From the NCBI GenBank assembly GCA_024679065.1, contig JAGIQG010000008.1:86242001-86306000 (forward strand): a stretch of DNA of 64,000 bases, read 5' to 3'. The notes beneath the pieces are model-generated. The model made no database searches and was not told the origin of the DNA. It saw only the letters and a program-made list of their open reading frames with translations. Positions 52,901 to 61,900 of the stretch are shown here, piece after piece. The translations under genes and the position numbers were made by a program. Source of the DNA: Sphyrna mokarran (taxonomy: Eukaryota). The stretch's first letter is position 1, and every line of letters begins with the position of its first letter.

Positions 52901-55900
52901 TTCCGGGCATGAAATGTTTAAGAGTAGATTTTCACAGGTATCTCTACACCCTGCTCCTATACTTGCATCAAAGCCACTCACAGGAGCACTGCAGTTAAAG
53001 TATATTTGCTCAGGACCACATTGAGAACCTGTAAATTAGGAAAATGGTTAATGATATTGTGATAATATTAATATAAATAATAATAATAATATAAATAAAA
53101 ACTGGCATGCTCAGGACAGAAGCCATGCCAGGTTTCAGATGTTGCTAGATTTTGGGTTGAGCGGTTTGAGCCATGGACACAACGGGCTAAACTAGATTGG
53201 GTGGGCTCAATGGTCATTCAACATGCAGCTATAGACCTGCATACAAGCAGCGAAGTGGAGAACTAGTTCAGTGTCACATTCAACAAATGAAGCGTTTAAC
53301 TGAATTATCCAGTTCAGTTATTTTCTTCATTTTACTCAATTAAAATTGATACATGGCACATTATAGAATTGTCAGTATTTTGGACAATTTTGGCTTTTGG
53401 ATAGATTTGAGACAATTGCTGAAATTTTCCCATCTTTCTGATGGTGGGATTGGAAAATAGCAACCCCCTGTTCCACATTCCCCAGAAGTAGAGGGTGCAG
53501 AGCATACTGAATCCAAAAGACATCGGTGGAACTGGAAAATCTACTGCCAGCCAATGGCGGGCCACCTCCACCACCGGAAAAACACCAGTATCCGTATTAA
53601 TTTTCACAATCAGTTCCAAAACTTTATGCAACATTTTTGATGGTAGTCTGTCATCATCTGACCTCATCCATGCCAAAGGCTTACCTTGCTCAGAACTGTA
53701 GTCACAAATTGGTGAAAAAATTAGATTGGAAAAGATTTGCAAGAAAACAACAAGCTTTACCAATTGGTCTCTTAAATTTCAGATTACTATATTGGCAACA
53801 CTGGTTTCAATGTTTTAAATAACTATTTGCAGTAATTGGAATTTCCAAAATAATGGAACTAAACAAGTCCTCAACGTATGTTCTGATCATTTTCTGATAT
53901 TCACTTGAAAATATTATACCAATAAAGAAGTAGCTGTCAATTTCATTGGAGCACTGCAGTACCATTCCATGCTCAATCCAAAAGAATACTAGGGGTGATT
54001 TTATTACATTTATTTCTGCAATATTTTTGTAGTTCTCTCCTAACTACAATTTACCAACAATGTGGTTTCCACTAGTGTTCTGCAGGTTAAATGTCCGTAA
54101 TCTTCCAGGATGACATTATAAATTTCATGTTTCAGTAAGTAAATCATTTCGCATTGCTTACTGTTCTTTGACTGTCATTTTTTTCATAAACAATAGGAAA
54201 AATATGCTTGCAAAGCCAACAGCACAGTTAATTCAAATTTGAATTTATTGAATGAAATAACACAGCTAGAAATTCAGGTATAAAATAAAGTTTATTTATT
54301 ATTTATTAGTCACAAGTAGGCTTATATTAACACTGCAATGAAGTTACTATGAAAATCTTCCAGTTGCCACACTCCGACACCTATTCAGTTATAATGAGGA
54401 GAAGCTAGCATGGCCAATGCACCTAACCAGCATGTCTGGTTATAAATTTTAAAAACTAATATAAATTTAGTGTTGGTGATACTAGTGGATCTTTAAAAAT
54501 AATTAATAAAATCATTCATTCACTTTTATGAGAGTTTTAAATCTATTTCATTACATCCATTGATTTTTCACTAGCATGATGTATGCTAGAGGTATATTCT
54601 ATTCTATGTCACAATTTGTATATTACCTGTTTCCATAAGCAATATTGGTATTATACTTTTATTTTAAGATGGCAAGGACTACATTTAAGTCTGCAACACA
54701 TTTTCAGCTCTGCATTTCTGTCAAAATTGATTTAGTTTAATTGTGGTTTCATCTGAACTCCCTCCTTGAAGTATGAGCCATCTGTTATTCTTTATTAAAT
54801 GATCTTGCTTCTCTGCAGTATACAGAGAAACATATCAGAGTATTAGTACTGCTCATAGCAAATGGAGCATTCCTACATCTATTTAGGTAAGGAGATTTGG
54901 CATTAAGCTGAAAAATATTAGAGTAAGAAAAAGCAGAGAAATGATAAATCTCTGTTATGAGAAAAGGCAAAATATTGCAGATTCTAGGAAGCTGAAATAA
55001 AAACAGGAAATGCAGGAAAAATGCAACAAGTCAGTCAGCATTTGTGGAGAGAACAGATAAGTTAACAATGTGGGTGTGGTCCACTTTTTCCAAACTGCAA
55101 AAAATGCTTTCAAATCTACAATACAAATTTGTTACATTTCTTATCTGCAGTAACAAATATAAAATCTGAGATAAATTTGTTAACTATGCCAAGCTCCTTC
55201 CTTGATGTTTATAATGGAATTTCATGACCTCATCGTGCCCATTTTGTGATGGGAAAATGTTGTAAAATCAGGCATGATAGTAAGAATGGAATCCATTTTC
55301 ATTTTACCAAGAAAAAAATAATCGGCACGATTGGGACCTTGCCCAAAACAGGTGATACGTCAATTTATATTTTTTTGCATTCATCACAATGTAATTAGCG
55401 AGCTTCACTCCCAATCATCCCAGATCATCTGCCTTAATGAATTCATTCGCTGCAGCTGGATTGGTCTTCTGCAGTGAGCTTCAGAAGTTCTGGCTTCACC
55501 TGGCCCTGCAAGTCCTGAAGGACGCCTGCGTTCTTGCGATGGCCCTGAGTCAAAGGCCACCTTCAATGACAGCAGCAACTGCGTTCTGAGCCTGGGCCAC
55601 ACTCTGCAGCCCCTCAACCATGACCTTCTGTGATTGAACCATGTTCTCAAGGGCTGCTGCTATTGTCCACTATGTCTCAGCACTATCCCACTGCGTCTCC
55701 TGCAAGCTCTCGAGTCTCTCAGCCATGAACTACAGAATCTTAAGAAGCTTGAGGCCTTCAGCTATGGCCTGCTGTGACTTGGCCGTAGCCCTCTGGGACT
55801 CTGCCATGGTCTGCTGTGACTTGGTCATTGCTTGGATCTTGCATATCATGGTGAGGATTTTCTGCTCCAGGCTTTCCACTGCAGATGCCAGCCTTGCAGT

Positions 55901-58900
55901 GTGGCCTGGGAACCAGGCCAACCACACAAGACAGGCAGTAACTGATCCACCTGAAAGCTTTGTGACTCTTCCCAAAAAGCCTCACAGTCAAACCGGTGTT
56001 GCTTTCAGCCCCTCCCGCAATATGTGGTTCTGTTGCTGGATCTCCAGCAGCTAAGGGATAAGTAGAGACCCAGCATGTAGCGTAGTTGAGTCCTCACCTC
56101 CAGCACGCCCATGTGTGCCAGAGATCTCACACATTCCCTCCTCCATCTGATGCACATCAGGAGATGGGTCGTGTGCACCCAGATAGTGACTCAGATGCCT
56201 CGCCATTAACTTGACCCACTAATGTGAGAATCTCTGGGATGGTGAGTTGTGAGGTGGAAGCTGATGTAAAACTGGTGCGGCCTCGGAGGTTCCTTCATTA
56301 GCCTCCTCTGAGGAGTCTTTTGAACCGTCAGGGGCAGGATGAATGAGAGCAGCAATGAGAGCAATGATGCCAGATGGCCCAGATACATCAGGGTCCCTCC
56401 CTGCAACTTAGAACACAAAGGTTAAGTGCAAGGGAGTGAGAGGAATCTGGGCTGCATGCAACTTACTTAAGATTTCTCCAACAAGTGGAGGGTTGCAGAT
56501 GCTCACTTCTATGCTCCAGCCTTACCATGCTGTCATTAATGGCTCTCATTCCCTCCACTTTCACAAACTCCAGTGCCCCCTCCTCAAAGGGACTGAGGAT
56601 CCGGATTTCAGGCACACAACCTCTTATCTTCGCCCTCTCCGATGATTGTGAGTATTCTTCGCTTGTGAGGACAGAAGATGTCATGTAAAATCTGATGGCA
56701 TGAGTGCTGCAGTGTTTCGGGGGGTAGCCCGCAGGTGGCAAGAGTTCTGATACTCTTGGGGGAGGAAAAGGGAGGTATCTGAGAGTCGGGGGCTGAAAAC
56801 ATGCAGGATGCTGGTGATGGGGGCATCTGAGGTTCATTTAGACAGAAGACACAAAATGAGGTGAAACGCTCACCCTTGCTACCCGAATTAGGTCATACAG
56901 TTTTTGCAACACTGCTTCCCGGTTCACCTGGCTAGTGCTCTGGCACTAATGCATGCTGCCAGCATCTCCCAAGCTGCATTTCCATCCCTTCCTTTGGGGT
57001 AACATCCTGCTGGAGAAAAAAGGGTATCCCGCCTTGCCTCCACTGTTGTCAGCAATATGGCCAGATCAGCATCTGAACAACGGGAGGCCATTTTATCCTG
57101 CATTGGCAATATGACTCAGGTTCAATTTCCTGCTTGGGTCACTGCGTGGAATCTGCACGTTCTCTCCGTGCCTGCATGGGTTTCCTCCAGGTGCTCCGGT
57201 CTCCTCTCACAATCAGAAAGACATGGTGATCAGGTACATTGGCCATGCTAAGTTGTCCTGAACATAGTCCTGTGTATCTGAACAGTACTGGAGTATGGCT
57301 GCCAGGGGATTTTCACAGTAAGTTCATTGCAGTGTTAATGTAAGCCTACTTGTGATACTAATAAATAAACTTTACTTCTACTTTTTACTTTACTGGCTGT
57401 CCAGCATTGAGGTTTTATGGAACGGTCTCTTGTTAGGGGAGATCAGCTGCAAGCAGTTTGGGCAAATCACATGCCCATTAGAGAATTCCAGCGAGTTTAA
57501 TGCAGTTTGTCCTGTTATCATGAAGAAGACACCAAATCATCACTTGCAGGTGTGCTGATTGGGGAGAGGGCGTATGGTTGTTGGCAGTGGTGGTGGTGGT
57601 GGAAAGGGGGTCAGTAATGCTGGAGAAGGGGGTTGTCTCAGATGTTAATGGGGGTAGTGGGAAGGGCATCTGCCAGGAGAGCTGTTCTTTTTTTCCAACT
57701 TTTCTTACACAAGCGCAGTTTGTGGCTCTCATCTGAACTGCTGGTTGTTTGGTGAATTAGGCCCCACCCACTGCTTCAAGTAGCTAGAAATGGTCTAGCC
57801 CATACGTTTAAAAATTTTGATTGGGCGTGAAAACTTGCCCATAAAACGGATCAGGACTTCTCCCGTTTTCATGCCAGCAGAACAATTACAAAAAAGCTTG
57901 TAAAATTACGTCCAATATGTACTAATATCCAACATTTCATACGTCATATTCTTGCATATATATGCTCTGAGGCAAATGATAATCAGCTGGATTTAATATA
58001 TCTGTCACAGCGAGAATTGTGGGAGACAAGTCAGTCCCGCACCAGTGAGAAAAACCTCATGATTAAGCTGGAGACAGGAATGGGACTATGGGAGAATCCC
58101 AACTGCTCACAGCAGATTGTTGGTTAATTATTGAATAAACTGACATTAACTGTTCTTGAGCACTCTGGAATGTAATGGTGGCTCAGGAATTACATGCGAA
58201 TGACTTGATTTTCCCACGCTCCCAGATGAAAAGGTATTTAATGCCACAGTAAGAGATGCAGTAGTATGGTGAGAGTCTGGATGCTGAAAGCCATCTACTC
58301 ACTACCTTGGCTTCCAACCCCTCTGTTCCCCTCTCTCAAGACCTTTTCACAAATCCCATCCTGCACTTTGTTGTGCTCCATGTTCCTCAGTGATCCCTGG
58401 CCTCTTCCTGGGTTCATTATCAGTAACAAACATTGCTCCTGGTGGTACTGCCTGAAACAGAGGGCTACTAATTTCTGATTAGCTCTAGCAGCTCTCAATG
58501 CACTGGATTACTGACTCAGGGGAACTAAATCCTGGTGAAGGCCCAACGCTGACTTGTTAAGTGCTCGATCCCATTGAAACTGCTCCTCTGTGTTATTGCA
58601 GGTTTACCACTATTGTCTAACTGGGGTGGAACCTGCAATAATTATACTACATTCCACCAATGTTTCTTTTCATAAAACAAATGACTGGGAGCAGAATGGG
58701 AGATGATTTTTGGAAAACAGGTAAGTTTTGCAAATTAACCTTTTGTAATAAAATTTTAAATACCAAATATATTCTTGACTTAATCATTCTTGGCAAATGT
58801 CTAATCTTTCAACACTGAATAAACATTAATCATTCCAGATCTAGAACTTACCAAGTTTTTGAGTCTGGAGCTGCATAACACCTTCAGAACAAATCCTGAA

Positions 58901-61900
58901 AATGATGACAAAGACGTAACTTTCAAACATGCAGTTTTATGATCAATCTTCAAAACAAATGCAGATATTTAATACAAAGTGTTTCACATCAACATTAACC
59001 AGCAAAAGCAATAGGCAATGGTGGGATTCTCTGGCCTCCCCATGATACCTTTCTCATAGCGGGAAACAGCATGCCACTGGTGTGGAAGATCCCACTGGTA
59101 TTGGTCCCTCCATCAAAGGGAAAAGTTTCTTCCTGTCTACTTTATCTGTATCCCTCATATATTGCAGTCATGTCCCCCCACCCCCACCACCCCCAGTCTC
59201 CAAAAGCTTATTGTATAAATAACTTGTTCGCAGTTTAAACATCTAATAGCCATTTTTAATTTACCCATATACTAAAGAAGGACATGCAAAAAACTTTATT
59301 TGAACATCTAAATTCTCACCAATTAATACAATATCCAAATTAGCCAGCTGAAATGATCCCTTGTAGTCACAACCATGATAAAACTGGACTAAGGATGTTT
59401 ACTTTAAGAAGGTGCCTTGATGATAATTTTTTTCCCTCTGGAGCACACATCAAGCAGTTGGTAGGGGTATTTTATGCAGCCATCTGTGTTTAATGAGCAC
59501 ATGCATATAAGGGGGATCTGGGGAAGGAGAATCTAGAGACCTGTTTGATTGGGCCAACTCTGAATTCAAGTCTGGAGAAGCTGAGATAGAAGGTTGAAGG
59601 GCACTGGTGAAGGGAGGGATATTCACAAAAATTGAAAAAGAAAATCCTTTGGGGTTGTTACCCATGGGTCACCTTAATGAACCTTTGCAAGTTAAATATT
59701 TTAATGGTCTGGATTTTGCACTGATTTGAAAGAAAGCTGTCCATGAAGATCTGGGCTTGAATTTTAAATCATCCTGGCATGCACACACAGCACATCCAGA
59801 AGTGGGCACAAAACGCACTTCTAGCTATGGTCAGCACTGAAATTTTTTTTCACATTGGCTGGCCAAGTAAAGATCAGCCAGCATGAAACGCTTACAAGGA
59901 AAGGCTCAGTGCCGGGGGGAGGGCAAGAAAGAGCAGTATCTGAGAAAAAAGAAAGTGCAGGCATGCACCTCTAACATGCTCCCACCAACTTTTGGTGTGA
60001 TTTCATGCGCTTCTGAGTTGGGAGCACACCTGCCCAAATAAAGTAAAATTCTGGGCCTAGAGATTCAGCTGACACAGATTTCCCCTTTCCCAAAGGCAGT
60101 TTAAATTTCGCAAGTCAACTGAACTGAACGTCAGCAAGAAGATTAGATAGTGAATCATATTGAAGCATTTCCACAAACAGCAAACTAGGAAGTTAAAAGC
60201 ATTGAACCAGATTATTACTAATATAAAATTTCAGATTGCAAAATAATTGGATTAAGATAGAAGTTAAAATAAAGATAAATTTTTTATATCATAAAAAACT
60301 TGAGCATAATGGAGAAATTTGACATTTCACAAAAGTAAAGATAGTTTTTCGAGGTCAACAATAGTGTTCTGTTAAATGTAACTTTGTCATGAGTTAGAGT
60401 GTAAAGAGTGAAAGTTAATTTCAGTTCAAAGATTTCCCATTGAATGCAGATCCACCAAGCAATACTGCATCCTCTGGAGAAACATATAAGCACTGACAGT
60501 AACTTCCAGATTTTGGGCATACTCTACACATCTGGGGACCCTTGAAGTTCTCAACTGTTTCAGTGGAGTAATGGTGGTCAATGCTGATAATAAGCTTCTC
60601 ATTGGTTTCTATAAAGTGCATTAGTCATCTATTTCAACACGTCTAAAAACCCTGTCAAGGGAGCTTCAGGCAGTTAACGGGCAAGCAATCTTTTTCATCA
60701 ATCTTTATTGCTAATTACCCATTTTCTAATGCGAATAGGACAGGACGAGATTGAAAATTTCTCTCTCTCTCTTATAATATTATGATTAAGGTCCTGCAAT
60801 GTAAACTGATAATTTGTGTAGTATAGATAACGCTCATAGACTTTTATTTCTATCTTCTGACATATGGATGGCATGGTGGCACAGTGGTTAACACTGCTGC
60901 CTCACAGTGCCAGCGATCAGAGTTCAATTCTGGCCTCAGGTCACTGTGTGTGTAGAGTTTGCTCACTCTCCCTGTGTCTGCTTGGGTTTCCTCAGGGTGC
61001 TCCAGTTTCCTCCCATGTTCCAAAGATGCTTGGGTTAGGTTGATTAACTATGCTAAATTTCCCCTTAGTGTCAGGGGGATTAGCAGGGTAAATATGTGGA
61101 GTTATGTGAATAGAGTCTGGGTGGAATTGTTGTCAGTGCAGACTCGATGGGCTGAATGGCCTCTTTCTGCACTGTTGATTTTCTATGATATTTTCACCCT
61201 TCCCTAAAAGATTATTCATGTTAATTATTTATACTTATAAACATAATCATGTTAGAAAGAGCATCTAATTGAACAATTGTCCATCATACTGGAACATTGG
61301 ATCACAAGTATGAATAAATGGTTAAACATATATATCAATTGGTGAAGAAAGTAAACAGAGTTTATCAAAAATTAAAACCAAACTATGCAACTTAGGAGTA
61401 ATAGTAGTGGAATGATTATTCCTTTTACTGGACTTACTGCTAGTTGGAATGGCAATGAATTGAAGGACCCAGAAGAAAAGATTCCCAAATCAACACACTA
61501 AAGCGAAATGGACTTCCCTCCCAAATAAGAGTGAGCTGAAAACTGATGGGTTGAGTCCTACAGTGAAAACTAAAATTCATCAACTAAGCCAGAAAAATGC
61601 TTTCTTTACTACAAGTAGTTTTCTAATAAATTCAGAGATAAAGGCCGGATTCTCCAACCTCCCATGCAGCTGGGATTCTCCCGTCCCCTATAATGAATGG
61701 AGATTTGGCTGAGCGCCAAATTCTCCATTCTTGCTGGCAGCGGAGGCAGGACATGAAAATCTGGAGATTTCCAGCCAAGATCTTCCTTAGTTTATTGTAC
61801 AAGAGCAAGAGATGGTGAACATGTTTTAATTATTACTAGTGTTTAGTTGCATTGGAAATAAATACTCAAAGATGAATTGGAAATTGCAGAAACTACTTAC

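Noticed and set aside
60284-60621. Cys-containing minus-strand ORFs as an alternative E2 exon
   Set aside because: No convincing splice-site pair and no C-x-C-xx-G pattern in the required phase.
60866-60940. tRNA genes (also at 34461, 24920 and 12655)
   Set aside because: A/B boxes run directly into SINE bodies and no complete cloverleaf is evident.
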